This document shows positions 1-12,692 of a stretch of 64,000 nucleotides of DNA, piece by piece. How positions within the stretch are numbered: position 1 is the stretch's first letter; every line of letters begins with the position of its first letter. Position numbers and translations under genes: made by a program. The stretch is from Eledone cirrhosa (taxonomy: Eukaryota): NCBI GenBank assembly GCA_964016885.1, contig OZ024740.1:259098001-259162000 (forward strand). Direction: 5' to 3'. Below the pieces are notes generated by a model, which saw nothing but the letters and a program-made list of their open reading frames with translations, was not told where the DNA came from and searched no databases.

Positions 1-96
1 GAATGGCGCTCATGAGTTCATCCATCTCGTTTGGTGTGGTGAGATTTCGAACTTCCTTACCGTTAATGCGTTTTTGTTTGTAAAGTTCGTTAACTT

Positions 97-2268
97 TTGT
101 GTATGTTGCACAAGGGATGGTGGGTAGTATGTCTACCCACAGATAAGTCTGGTAGGATGTCAATAGAGAGCATGCCGAACTACATCAAGGCTATGCAACC
201 CCACATCACCAACACGAGCGAAATTGTACAGCAAATACATGAGGGGAGAGATTCAATCACCCTCAACGCTCACATGATGATGTCGACCGACATCCTAAAG
301 CCAAGCAGACGCACTGCCAACAACTTCCAGGCGTCCAACAATGGCATACCACCCTTGTATGGGCTCCGCAAAGACCACAAGACAGTCGACGACCCGACAA
401 CAGGACCACCAATAAGACCTGTATGCGGAGCCAATATAGCTAGTAACTACAGGATCTCCTACTTCCTCTCAATGGTTATACGCCCCATAATCAAGATGTC
501 CCCAGCTGTATGTGACAGTACAGAGGATCTCCTCAGCAGAATCAGTGAGTGCAACAAAAACAAAAACCTATCCAACTGCATAATAGGCAGTATGGATGTG
601 GTATCACTGTACCCATCCATTAACATTGATTTTGCTGTGGAAAAATGTGTGGAGATGATCATTGAGAGTGAGGTGGAGATCTGCAACGTCGACACAGACG
701 AACTGGGCCTCCTACTTAGACTTACCTATGACACTGACTACCTAGACAGCCATGACCTTAGACGTTTCTGCCCCAGTAGACCCATAATAGGTAGACCCCT
801 CCCCCCTCCCACCATAACCTCAATGGCAAAAAAGACTCCCATGGGAAGGTGGATTGGGTGGACCAAAGCTATACGGACCCCCCAAAATAATGATCAGGTA
901 AGAAAAATGGTCGCACATGCAATAGGGGCTAGTATCAAAACTACCCCAAAGGGCCACATATTCAAATTCAACGAGAAGATCTACACCCAAAATGAGGGAG
1001 CAGTCATTGGCGTCAGCATAGCTGGTGACGTTGCCAACCTTTTTATGGTATGGTGGGAAAGGAGACTCAAAGATCTTGATGAGAGCTGCATAGACCTCAT
1101 CATGTACTCTCGTTACATAAACGACATCAATATAGTAATAAGGACATCCCACAAGAGAGTACTAACAAGTTTGATTTAGAACGTAGCACAATGGAAAGCA
1201 TCCAGCAGATAGCTAATTCCATATACCAGAGTATAAGTGTAACTATCGACTACCCTTCCAAACACCCTAACAATAGACTACCTGTATTAGACACGGAACT
1301 CTGGATTAACACTATAGACGAGAGAGCCCAAATTCTCCACTCACACTACGCTAAACCCATGGCCTCCAAATACCTGATACTCAAAAACTCAGCAATGTCC
1401 AATAGGGCTAAGTTTAATATTCTGATCGCAGACTTGGTAAGAGTGATGAAAAATGTGTCCTGCATGTGCGACGCAACTGAAATGGAAAGACACATAGAAA
1501 ACTTCATCCATCGCATGCAGTTCTCTGGCTACAACCAAAGAGACAGAAACAGAGTATACAAAGGAGCCACAGAGAAATATAAGATCCTCATAGAAATGGA
1601 CATGAAATGAATTTGCCCATTATACAGGAGCAAATCATGGAATAGCTTAGATAGGACTAGATATAAGATAGGGAAAGCCACCTCATGGTACGACAACCAG
1701 AGATACCAGAGTGTCATGTTTGTGGACGCTACCCCTGGAGGGAAATTAGCTAACCAGTGTAGAAAGGCCCTGAGAAAGACCCACTTAAAGATTAAGGTGG
1801 TAGAAAAGCAAGAAACCACCATAAAATCCATGATCAGCAAAACCTACCTTTTTAAGAAAACCCACTGTACTAATAGGAAATGTATTATATGTAAAGTTAA
1901 CCCCCAGATAAACTGTAAAACTAGAAACGTAGTCTATAGCATAAGATGTACAGAGGGTACGTGCAGAAATATGACAACAACATACATAGGCGAGCCAGCT
2001 CGTAGCATAGGTGAAAGGATAGACCAACACTGGGGGGAACTAAAAGTACGAAAAACGGTTCAGTACTATACGAACATGCCAGCCAACAACACGACGGTAA
2101 CATAGACAACATAGAAATTAAAATAATATCTAAACATAGAAATGACCCAGCAGATAGGCAAATCAGAGAGGCCAGCGAAATAGAACTTAGAAAGCCAAGG
2201 CTAAACAGAAAAAATGAATGGAATAACAACAACACTCAAACAAACAATACTGACCTAAGAGAAGTATA
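97..2268 (+). pseudogene. Disrupted PLE RT-GIY-YIG ORF
   Basis: ORF pieces 97-1179, 1191-1610 and 1716-2105; the last two are in one frame, split only by TGA at 1608-1610. Frameshifts near 1170 and 2035; C-terminus ends at TAA ~2268. Confidence 0.88.
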
Positions 2269-2758
2269 AATAAATAAATAAATAAATACATACACTAACA
2301 CAATAACAACAAACATATATAAACACACACTAGTAAACTAAGATAGAATACAATAACAATACACAGTCACCCAAACACGAACACACATCAAACACTATAC
2401 ACACACGCAAACGCATGCGCAGAGAAGAAGACAAAAATAAATAAATAAATAAAAAAAAACAGATTAAATAAAGATGGCGTAGACATACAATACAACAGGA
2501 GGAAACATAATAGCCCCACTGACGATGTTGTAGATGTGCAACGAAAGAACTTCGTTAGACTATATATATGTGTTTGTGTCTATATTATATCTGTATTTTT
2601 GACCGTTGGTCAGTCAATGATAACAATGAGGACCGAATAAATTAAATTAACTGATATAAAAGATACAGAAGCAAAAACCAACCAAACAGTGAATGTGTTC
2701 TGTTATTAATTCTGGCAATATTATTACACAATTATGACCCTCCCCAAGTATAACAATA
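110..2758 (+). mobile_element. Penelope-like retroelement (PLE), 5'-truncated and decayed; RT + Cys-rich linker + C-terminal GIY-YIG endonuclease, 3' pseudo-LTR with hammerhead motif
   Basis: RT motifs GSMDVVSLYPSI, FKFNEKIYTQNEGAVIG..AGDVANLFM, SRYIND (YIDD decayed), LPVLD; linker HCTNRKCIIC..NC; GIY-YIG NVVYSIRC...YIGEPARSIGERIDQH; after a frameshift RQIREASEI...LNRKNEW. Ends tgaccctccccaagtataacaa, then (TA)n/(TG)n. Confidence 0.92.
2508..2562 (+). ncRNA. Minimal type-I hammerhead ribozyme motif in PLE 3' region (family A)
   Basis: CTGACGA at 2519, stem II gttgta-gatg-tgcaac, GAAA at 2543, short stem III. Homologous copies at 49815 (CTGATGA), 52623 and, more diverged, 4922 (CTGAGGA). Stem I is weak in this copy. 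Confidence 0.7.
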
Positions 2759-2803
2759 TACATATATATATATATATATATGCGTACATATGTGTGTGTG
2801 TGT

Positions 2804-2907
<104 letters not shown>

Positions 2908-3139
2908 GGGGATGTAATAAAAGAAGGATAATTTTTAAAAAGCCAGTACAATGTGGTAGAAAAATATGAAGTCAAATGATAAGAAATAAAACAAAACAAA
3001 GTAATGTTTTACCATATTTCAAAATATTTCAGGGCTAACCCCCTTTTCAAATATGAAGCAGAAAATAGTTCTAAACAAATCGAACGATCTACGTGTTCTT
3101 CCTTAATTGGCCTATGTATCTATTATATATATGATATAT

Positions 3140-3737
<598 letters not shown>

Positions 3738-4481
3738 GATACATATATATATATATTACCCATTTATATATATATTACCATAACGCACCAAAGTACTCAA
3801 TACTTAGGGTAGTAGAGTGGGTAATATATATATATATATACTATATATATATATACATATATAACACCCGTTCTATCAAGTAGCATGGGCGTGACTTGTC
3901 ACAAAGTCAATACATAATTGTAAACTACTCGCCTCCCTGATGGACTAGGGCTGCATGAATCTAGCTTACATACACAGAGTTTACCAGGTGAAACTGGTTG
4001 CACTATGGAGGTTGTAATGTCTTTGACGTAACTCAGCAATCCTCCAGCTGGATGGCTTTCTTATTACCAACCACTATACAGAGCATACTGGGTGCTGTGC
4101 ACTTTATCATGTCACCAACTCACCAACTCAAGAGAGATTCTCATGTCCTTGACACAACACAACTGATTAGTTATTTCGACTATTTTTTGGCAAACTTTCT
4201 GTGGCTGGATGTATTTCCTATCATCACCCATTTTACATAATGTACTATACACATGTTTTCTTGGCACTAACACTATAGATGTTACAATGTCATGACTCAA
4301 GGGCTTTCTCAATCGATCAAATGTTTTCTGTGGCTGGAAGACTTTCCTATCACTAACCACTTTACATGAATGTATATGTGTGTGTGGATTTATACAATTA
4401 ATATATGTCTGTGTCTGGTTGCTTGTGTGTATGTATGTTTGTGTAAGTATATATACATATGAATCTGTCACTCTCTCTCTC

Positions 4482-4514
<33 letters not shown>

Positions 4515-4666
4515 ATTTATATATATATGAGTGTGTGTGTATATATGTGTGTGTATATATATATATGTGTGTGTGTGTGTGCGTACGTGTGTGTGTGTGC
4601 GCGTGTGTGTGCGCGTGTGTGTGCCCGTGTGTCTGTGTACGTGTGTGTGTATGCGTGTGTGTGTGT

Positions 4667-5133
4667 GTTATACTTTGGGAGGATCATGCTGCCAACAAAA
4701 ACAGAGACACATAGAGACACACAAGAACCAAACTAATAAAACAAACCAGACACACAAATAGAACGAACAACCAACTAGTGACAAGTAAATAAACATATAA
4801 ATAAATACATAAATACACACGGATATAACGCATGCGCAAACCAAGTACACACCACTCAACACATAAAAGCAAGATGGTGTAGGACAGAACAAAGGAGAGA
4901 AACAAAATAATTTATCAGTCACTGAGGAAGTCACAGAATGTGTGACAAAAGAGCTTCGACAATATATAAACCTTCCGGTTATTGAACCAGTCAACCGGAA
5001 ATGTGTAATAAATTAAAGTGAAAACCAACAGTTGTGTGTGTTTTATTGCCAGCATGACCCTCCCAAAGTATAACAACATCTGTTTTAACACACGTGTTCA
5101 GATAAGAAATCTTGCAAAACAAATTCAAAAACG

Positions 5134-5137
<4 letters not shown>
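4667..5137 (+). mobile_element. Non-autonomous PLE 3'-end copy with short inverted 5' terminus (related to family A)
   Basis: gttatactttgggaggatcatgctg at the left is the reverse complement of cagcatgaccctcccaaagtataac at ~5051-5075; contains a CTGAGGA-stemII-(A)AAA-gagcttc motif at 4922. Confidence 0.75.
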
Positions 5138-5173
<36 letters not shown>

Positions 5174-5177
<4 letters not shown>

Positions 5178-5395
5178 ATAATAATAAATTTGAAGACTAA
5201 AATTCAAAGAGAGCACGAAAAGGATAAATATATATCCAATATATAAGAACCGTAGAGCAAATATTTATTAAAATAACCGATTAAAGTTTAAGCAAAGAAT
5301 CGCTGCTTTCACCCTTAACGGGATCTTCTGAAGATCCCGTTAAGGGGGAAAGCAGCGATTCTTTGCTTAAACTTTAATCTGTTATTTAAATAAAT
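5174..5395 (-). mobile_element. Fold-back hammerhead-like element, family D (other copies ~6350-6535, 44227-44445; tail at 55289-55375)
   Basis: Palindrome ~5265-5395 centred on gatcttctgaagatc; flanked by (TA)n. Confidence 0.75.
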
Positions 5396-5396
5396 A

Positions 5397-5513
<117 letters not shown>

Positions 5514-6002
5514 TTAGAATGTTGAGAAGTGACACACGAGTTGATATATATTAGGAAAATAAGAAAAACAGTACAAAATGCTAATCAGATTTTCTCATAG
5601 AATAACAAAATATTTATTTCTATCTCTCTCTCTCTCTTTCTCTCTTTATCTCTATCTCTCTCCCTCTCTCTCCCTCCTCCTCCTCCTCCTTGGTGGTTAG
5701 GAATAGAAGTTCCTGTGTTCCTTGTTATTGTCAGACAATAGCAGAGAACGAAGTATAGCCTCGGACAGAAACATGAACTTTCTCTCTCAATATGTATGTA
5801 AAACTAATAATTTTTCTTCTCCATTTTATTATGAAATATGCAACTTAACTGCACTTTGCACTTTCGCTGTTGAAAAAGCATATACTGCTGAAACCGGTAC
5901 CACGATTAAATGCGGAATACCCACTATATAAATAAATGTTTTGATATTATACTGAAAAAATCCCTCCGGCATTTTCTACTGTATTATTTTCCTTTTTACT
6001 AA

Positions 6003-6193
6003 GGGCGGTGGATTGGCAGTATCGGTGGAGGGTCGGACGTCATGCTTTGCAGCATAGTTACGTCCCTTTACGATCTGAGTTCAAATCTCGCCGAGGTTGA
6101 CTTTGCCTTTCATCCTTACGGGGTCGATAAAATAAAGTACCAGTAATGCACTGGGTAATTGCTGGCCTTGTGCCTAAAGTAGAAACAATTATT
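6003..6193 (+). mobile_element. tRNA-derived SINE (octopus-type)
   Basis: A-box-like tggcagtatcgg, B-box gagttcaaatc, conserved core gcctttcatccttacggggtcgataaaataaagtacc, (ATT) tail; about 10 copies in the window. Confidence 0.9.
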
Positions 6194-6218
6194 TTCCTTT
6201 TTACTATTTGTTTATACA

Positions 6219-6529
6219 TCTATACTATAAAGCTGACGGCCGTATGTAAGTAACAAACTTTCCGCCAAGCAGCTGGACCAAACGGCACCCAATTTGCACC
6301 ATAGATGTAACTTTTTCCAAGTAAGAAAGTGAGGGTATTTTTGTGTAACACTTCCGGTTATACGACATTCCTAACGTCTTCACGAACCAAAGTATCATCT
6401 TCATGTTTTCTTTCGGTTGCAACGCTTTTCAAAATATTTACTTCTGCGTTCACAGATTGATTTTTTTAGATTCAGAAGATCCCGTTAAGAGTGAAAGCAG
6501 CGATTCTTTGCTTAAACTTTAATCTGTTA

Positions 6530-6583
<54 letters not shown>

Positions 6584-7947
6584 TATATTCGTGTACAGAT
6601 ATTTGTGCATACACAAAAACAAAATATAAACAAACCTATTTATTTCACAAAAGCACAGACGGCCGATCGTCATTGTTACTGCCGATATGCCACCTAAAAT
6701 GCCCTAGCCTGGCCGCAAGATCAGATTTTCCAGAAGAAAAAATGTTATAACAAACGTATTTATTTTACGAAAGCACAGACGGCTTATCGTCATTGTTACT
6801 GCCGATATGCCACCCCAAAAGTCCTAGCCTGGCCGCAAGATCACATTTTCCAGAAGAAAAAATGTTACGAGAGCAACAGAGAGACTAAGCTTCGTGATTA
6901 CTATCAACAAAGCTCAGGGTCAAACCCTAAAAGTGGCTGGCCTTCATCTGGGAAAACCATGGGCAATTGTATGTAGGATGCTCTAGAGTGAGCTCGCCAA
7001 ACAATCTCTTCATCTTTGCTCGCGCGGGCCGAACAAAAATATTGTGTACTCTGAGGCTCTAACAATGTAATTTATGTAATATTGTTACTTGGAATTTCCA
7101 TTATGATTGTACAAATTATTGTAAAGTTTGTTAAAAAATGTGTTCTCTGTTCAGCCTTTATTGTTGTAACTATCAATTTTCTTTAACGTACTGGCTGAGA
7201 AAAGAAACCTACAATGAAAGAACATCTTAAAGTTTACCCAAGCCAAATGTATTTATTAACATTTCTCTCTGCAGATTCTTAGCAAGCTTACTGGCGCTTT
7301 AGTATGGTATTCAATTCTCATATTGTTTTTGATTGATATGGTGCATATATCGTAGCTATTCATATGTTTTAAACATTAGATAACTATTGCTGATGTATAT
7401 TGTACGACAGAATTAGCTGAAAAATATTTTGAATGAACAAATAAAAGAGATATAAAAGAGGAATGTTTGTTGGTTGGTTCCTTCGCGTATCACACGAAAA
7501 AAACGAAAAGTGACAATCGGAAAGTATGTACAGGATTGGGATAGAGAGTATATCCAGGAAAGTTTATTGTTACTAATTTTATAACACCAAAGAAGAAGAA
7601 AGACATACCACGTATGCTAACCAACCTGACTGCTATTTCTAGCAGGTTGAGAATCAACCATAAGCGATTCTCTCTGCGAGTTCGTTGTCAGTGATGATCG
7701 TGTTTCGCGGCCTATGTCCCCGATTCCAGCGGTGGTTTACACGCACACGCACACACACACGAACACTCACACAGGCACACACACACATATATATATACAC
7801 AAACACACACAAACGCACACACACACACACACACACACGATACACACACACTGTAAACAAGACAATGCATTCAATACAGACATTTTCTCTTCTGCCGGTC
7901 TTCTCTTACCATTTGTTAACCTTGGCGAAGCTGGGTACCTCAGCTAG
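6219..7947 (+). mobile_element. Non-autonomous Helitron candidate
   Basis: A|TCTATACTATAAAG 5' end; 3' hairpin cttggc-gaa-gctggg followed by CTAG|T at 7944-7948. Internal ~120-bp tandem duplication (6636-6868) and a nested family-D element. Pairing of the two ends is inferred. Confidence 0.6.
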
Positions 7948-7965
7948 TATATATATATATATATG

Positions 7966-8446
7966 TGAAGGGTTCATTCTACTAACATGGCTATAAAAAT
8001 GAGGCTTGTTTGTATAATTGCAAATGAATCGAATTTTATTATTAATATTCGAAAAACTCAGATTACATTTATTGTATTCAGTCATGTAGAGCGAAACATT
8101 TTTTTTTTTTTTTAATGTGGCAAAGCCAGCCATTTATCGCACGTATACCGGAAACTGACTGGCCAGTCTGGTGATGTGCAAATCAGGCCGATCAGTCACT
8201 GTATATTTTAGAAAATATCATATATTTTCACTAGCTCTGACAGTTGGCAGGTGACCAGTGAGCTGTACTGATGAAGGGTGAAACCCAGAAACATTAGTGT
8301 CTGCAGTTCTGTTTACATGCCAACACAAGAGTAAGAATGAAGGGTTCGTTCTACTAACATGGCTTTAAAAATGAGGCTTGTTTGTATAATTGCAAACGAA
8401 TCGAATATTGTTATTAATATTCGAAAAACACAGATTACATTTATTA
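7966..8446 (+). mobile_element. Retrozyme-like element, family F: 372-bp monomer plus ~110-bp terminal direct repeat
   Basis: tgaagggttc...cagattacatttatt occurs at 7966 and again at 8338; one hammerhead between; (TA)n on both flanks. Confidence 0.85.
8260..8309 (+). ncRNA. Type-I hammerhead ribozyme (family F)
   Basis: Stem I gagctgta/tgcagttc; CTGATGA 8268; stem II gggt-gaa-accc; GAAA 8288; stem III ACA-ttag-TGT; GUC cleavage site at 8301. Confidence 0.92.
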
Positions 8447-8677
8447 TACACACATATATATATATATATATATAAAAATCTTTACCTGGGTCCTGTATTT
8501 TCGTTGCTCTAGTGATGCGGTCGGACTGCCGACTGTTATATCTAATTTGCTAAGCTGTCTGAACATAATGTTATACTCTGGGGCCTTACCTCATATGAGT
8601 GCTAAAGCTACAAACCGAATAAGCATACACGCTAGCTTGGCCGTATACTAGAGCTTCGTCTATGCTGTACTAAAATT

Positions 8678-8751
<74 letters not shown>

Positions 8752-8957
8752 TTATTCCGGGTTGAATCGGAGGTAACCACAGTAAGTAAGTAAGGTACTC
8801 AATACATAGCAGAGTATAAAAGTTTTAATATAGAAGATATTCTACAGGACTAGAACTGTTTCATTCGTGAGAAATCATCAGTAATCTGAGATTCCTGATG
8901 ATTTCTCACGAATGAAACAGTTCTAGTCCTGTAGAATCTCTTCTATGTTAAAACTAT
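8752..8957 (-). mobile_element. Fold-back hammerhead element, family G (other copies ~29100-29330, 46850-46990, 54950-55085)
   Basis: Inverted repeat ~8821-8955; tail ccgggttgaatcggaggtaaccac is shared with the other copies. Confidence 0.8.
8888..8940 (+). ncRNA. Type-I hammerhead ribozyme (family G)
   Basis: Stem I gagattc/gaatctc; CTGATGA 8895; short stem II; GAAA 8914; stem III ACAG-ttctagtc-CTGT; GUA site. Confidence 0.9.
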
Positions 8958-9448
8958 ATATATATATATATATACATACATGGAAATTATTTCTTACGAA
9001 TGAAACACCTCTAGTCCTGCAAAAGTCATTTCTTTAATAAAAGGAATATATATGTATATATGTTTATATGTATATGCAGCTGTGCACAACTTAAGACCTA
9101 AGTATCCAGCATAGGCATTTCCTACTGAAGAAATGCAATAGCCCGATCGTGTAATATCAGATATTGTGCAGTTCTCTGCATACTGCAGTTTTAATAACTG
9201 TAATATGCGGAATATTGCATAGAAACGGAATCGGCCCATCAGTTACATACGTGAGATATCTTTACCAAAGCACTGCCACTGTACTCACTGAATAACTATA
9301 ATGTGTGCAATTGGAACATTGGGATGCAGTTCACAACCACAAGCTTGTTGTGTCATTCAGTGGGTGACATATGAATTTCGTAAACTGTGTATGTACATAT
9401 ATATAAATATATATATATATATACGTATATATATATAATGCTTCTTGT

Positions 9449-9509
9449 CTCTTTACTTGCCCTGATGAGTCCTTATTAATGGGACGAAACATTGTTGGCT
9501 AATAAAGAC
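9449..9509 (+). ncRNA. Type-I hammerhead ribozyme (family H)
   Basis: gcc-CTGATGA(9462)-gtcct-tattaat-gggac-GAAA(9486)-cattg-TT-ggc; lies in a ~210-bp insert between (TA)n tracts. Confidence 0.85.
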
Positions 9510-9647
9510 TTTTGATGTATTGAAGGCCTCCTTGTTTATTTTTTATAATTTTTCGGCTCTGTTATATTACATTGAGCTATATCTTATACTGTCCTTTCTA
9601 TAATACGACGAGTGTGTTTAACTCCAACGCAGTCTAGTATTTTAATT

Positions 9648-9719
<72 letters not shown>

Positions 9720-9729
9720 TATATATACG

Positions 9730-9846
<117 letters not shown>

Positions 9847-9919
9847 TATATATATATACACACACAAACATATAGTACGAAGGAAAGATGTGGGCCAAAG
9901 TACCTAATACAAGAGAGTT

Positions 9920-9958
<39 letters not shown>

Positions 9959-9962
<4 letters not shown>

Positions 9963-10440
9963 TTTTTCGAATATTAATAATAATATTCGATTCGTTTGCA
10001 ATTTTGACAAAACCGGCTATTAATCGCTCGTATACTTGTATACATGAAACTGACTGGCCTATATGCAAATCAGGCTAATATGCAAATCAGGCCTATCAAT
10101 CACTGTATATTCCAGAAAATACCATATATTTTCACTAGCTCTGACAGTTGGGAGGTAAACAGTATTCGGTACTGATGAAGGGTAATCCCCTAGAAACATT
10201 AGCGTCTGCCGTTCTGTTTACATGCCAACATAAGAGCAAGAGTTACGACCCTTGCCATTCTGAGTTCAAATCCCGCCGATGTTAACTTTGCCTTTCATCT
10301 TTACGGGGTCGATAAAATAAAGTACCAGTAATGCACTGGGTAATTGCTGGCCTTGTGCCAAAAGTAGAAACAATTATTAATATTCGAAAAACTCAGATTA
10401 CATTTCTTGTATTCAGCCATGTAGAACGATAAACTATTTG

Positions 10441-10442
<2 letters not shown>
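9959..10442 (+). mobile_element. Second family-F copy with inverted 5' segment and an embedded SINE 3' part; hammerhead at 10167-10211
   Basis: Homologous to 7966-8446; CTGATGA 10172, GAAA 10193, GUC 10206; SINE segment ~10241-10378. Confidence 0.82.
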
Positions 10443-10503
<61 letters not shown>

Positions 10504-11608
10504 TATGCACATACACGTGCACGTGTGTGAGAGTGGTATTCTGTAAATATATATATCATATCCAATTTATTATTTGTTCTTGTTATTCCTGTTGCTGCTG
10601 TTGTTGTTTGTTGTTGTTGTTGTTTGTGGTGGTGGCGGTGCGGGTCATCGTCATCGTCGTGACGACAGTGATGGTAGTGGTGGTGGTGGTGGTGATAGTG
10701 GTAGTAGTAGTAGTGGAGGTTTATTTATTTGTTTCTACTTTATTCCCCACTCTTCTATACACACATTCGTTAACAAACAGATGTCATTTAGAAGCACCCC
10801 ACCACTCCACTCCTCTCCCTGTCAATCCTGTCCCCCTGCATTGCACCACGCCCTCAGTGGAAGCAATGAAAGGGCAATTACTGGTAGGGAGTCACTGAAG
10901 GAGCAGTTTAGACTATTTGCCTTTACTTTTATTTTTATTTTTCACGCAGAGCAAAGTGCGACGAGATGACAACAAGGAAGGAGTAGACGAGAAGGGGGAC
11001 AAAAGGAGAATTAGGGGGTATTTAATAGACAACATGGTAGCTTGTAGCAAAGAAGGAACCAGCTTGAGCAGTGAGAGGGTTCACTGCTTAATATTACTCA
11101 GCAGGGCTTCAAATTAAGACGAACAAAACAAATGTTTTGTTATGTTGTGTCTATTGTTATTTCGTTTTTCGTTTTCATTAGAAATTAAATGTTTGTAATA
11201 GAGTGGTTACGGAGACAGAAACCACGTGGTGATAGTGAAAGTAGAAATAATTGATCTCAGTCGCTTTCGACGATGATTGTTTCAGTTGTTCATCTACTGA
11301 AGTACAACTAGTTGTTAGATTAACATGTGTATGTGTTACTGACTGTGTATTCAACAGACAGGTATTACCTTAACGTAATTTAGTGTGACACAGTGTGTTT
11401 AACAATACTAGATCATTGAATAAATAAACACAGTCAAACAACGGGCTTTCCCTGCAGTTTTTGTCGAACCAATTTCATTGATAGGGCTTGTATCAACCTG
11501 CGGTTATGGTAAAGCAAATAGACTTGACCAAGGTATCAGGCTATGAGATCAAACACCGGAACCCGGAACACCGGAATTGTGAAGCTTACCTTTTAACCAT
11601 TCGGCTAT

Positions 11609-11676
<68 letters not shown>

Positions 11677-12471
11677 GATCCAGGTCGTGGTAGAAAATCC
11701 AGAAATAGTACATCTCCATTGCTCCAGACCTGTTAACATCCAAACAACCTACTTGTTAAAGAAACATGTCGATGGTTAAGTATTCCACATACACGTGTAC
11801 CCTTAGCACCACTTTCAGAGAGATTAAGTATGATACTGTGTGTTAATGCTTGCTCTTTGAATTACAAGTAGTGTCCGTCTTGTATTATAATGTAAGTAGC
11901 CAAGTATGTCATAAACATGTGTAGCTCTAATGTAATTCTCAGGGAGATTCAACGTAACATAGTGCATCTGACCGACTTCCAAACAATTTCTCCCCCATCC
12001 CTAATTTCTCCAACAGCGCTTGGATCAATCCGAAACGACGATCAAAGATATTTGTCGAAGTTGTGACATAGTGAGATCAAATCTTGCACGCCAAGATTGT
12101 GAAAGGAACCTCTTAACTATTTGTCTCTGTACCTCACAGAAAGAAGTTTCCCTGGTTAATATTACAGAGCCGTGGTTCAAATTAAGACCAACAAACATGT
12201 CTTGTGTTGCGCGTAATTTTTATTTTTGTTTGTTTATTTTCATAAGAAATATATTTCTAATACAGTGGCTAGTGAGAGAAACCACGTGATATATTGGTGC
12301 CACGACGATTTCGACCATGTTTGTTTCAACCGTTTCATCAATATGTAAGTTGAATTTTCTACACGTCTACTCTTAACCTTTCTTGTTTAGAGATTGTGAT
12401 GCACTGTGACAGAAATACAGCATTAAATAGTCACAGCAAGACTAAATATATGTTTATTATGCCTAAATATA

Positions 12472-12692
12472 GGGTAGTAGATTAGCAGTATCGGTAGAGC
12501 ATTGGGCAGCATGCTTTGCGGCATATAGTTATGTTCCTTTATATTCAGAGTTTAAATCGCGCCGAGATTAGCTTTGCCTTTCGATCCTTATGGGGTCGAT
12601 AAAATAAAATACCAGTAACGCACTGGTGTCGATTTAATTGACTCTACCCTCCCCCAAATTGCTGGCCTTGTGCCCAAATCAGAAACCATTAT
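12472..12692 (+). mobile_element. tRNA-derived SINE
   Basis: Diverged copy of the 6003-6193 family. Confidence 0.85.

Noticed and set aside
1608-1610. In-frame TGA as selenocysteine (reported for Naiad PLEs)
   Set aside because: It falls where Gly is expected (G..PLYR; GGA>TGA) in a copy with other frameshifts and a broken YIDD, so a nonsense mutation is simpler.
6003-6095. tRNA gene
   Set aside because: The A/B boxes belong to a repeated SINE head; no complete cloverleaf.
10917-11117. Possible host exon after a polypyrimidine-cag acceptor (a similar case on minus at ~40270-40380)
   Set aside because: No recognisable protein similarity or partner exons; needs RNA-seq.
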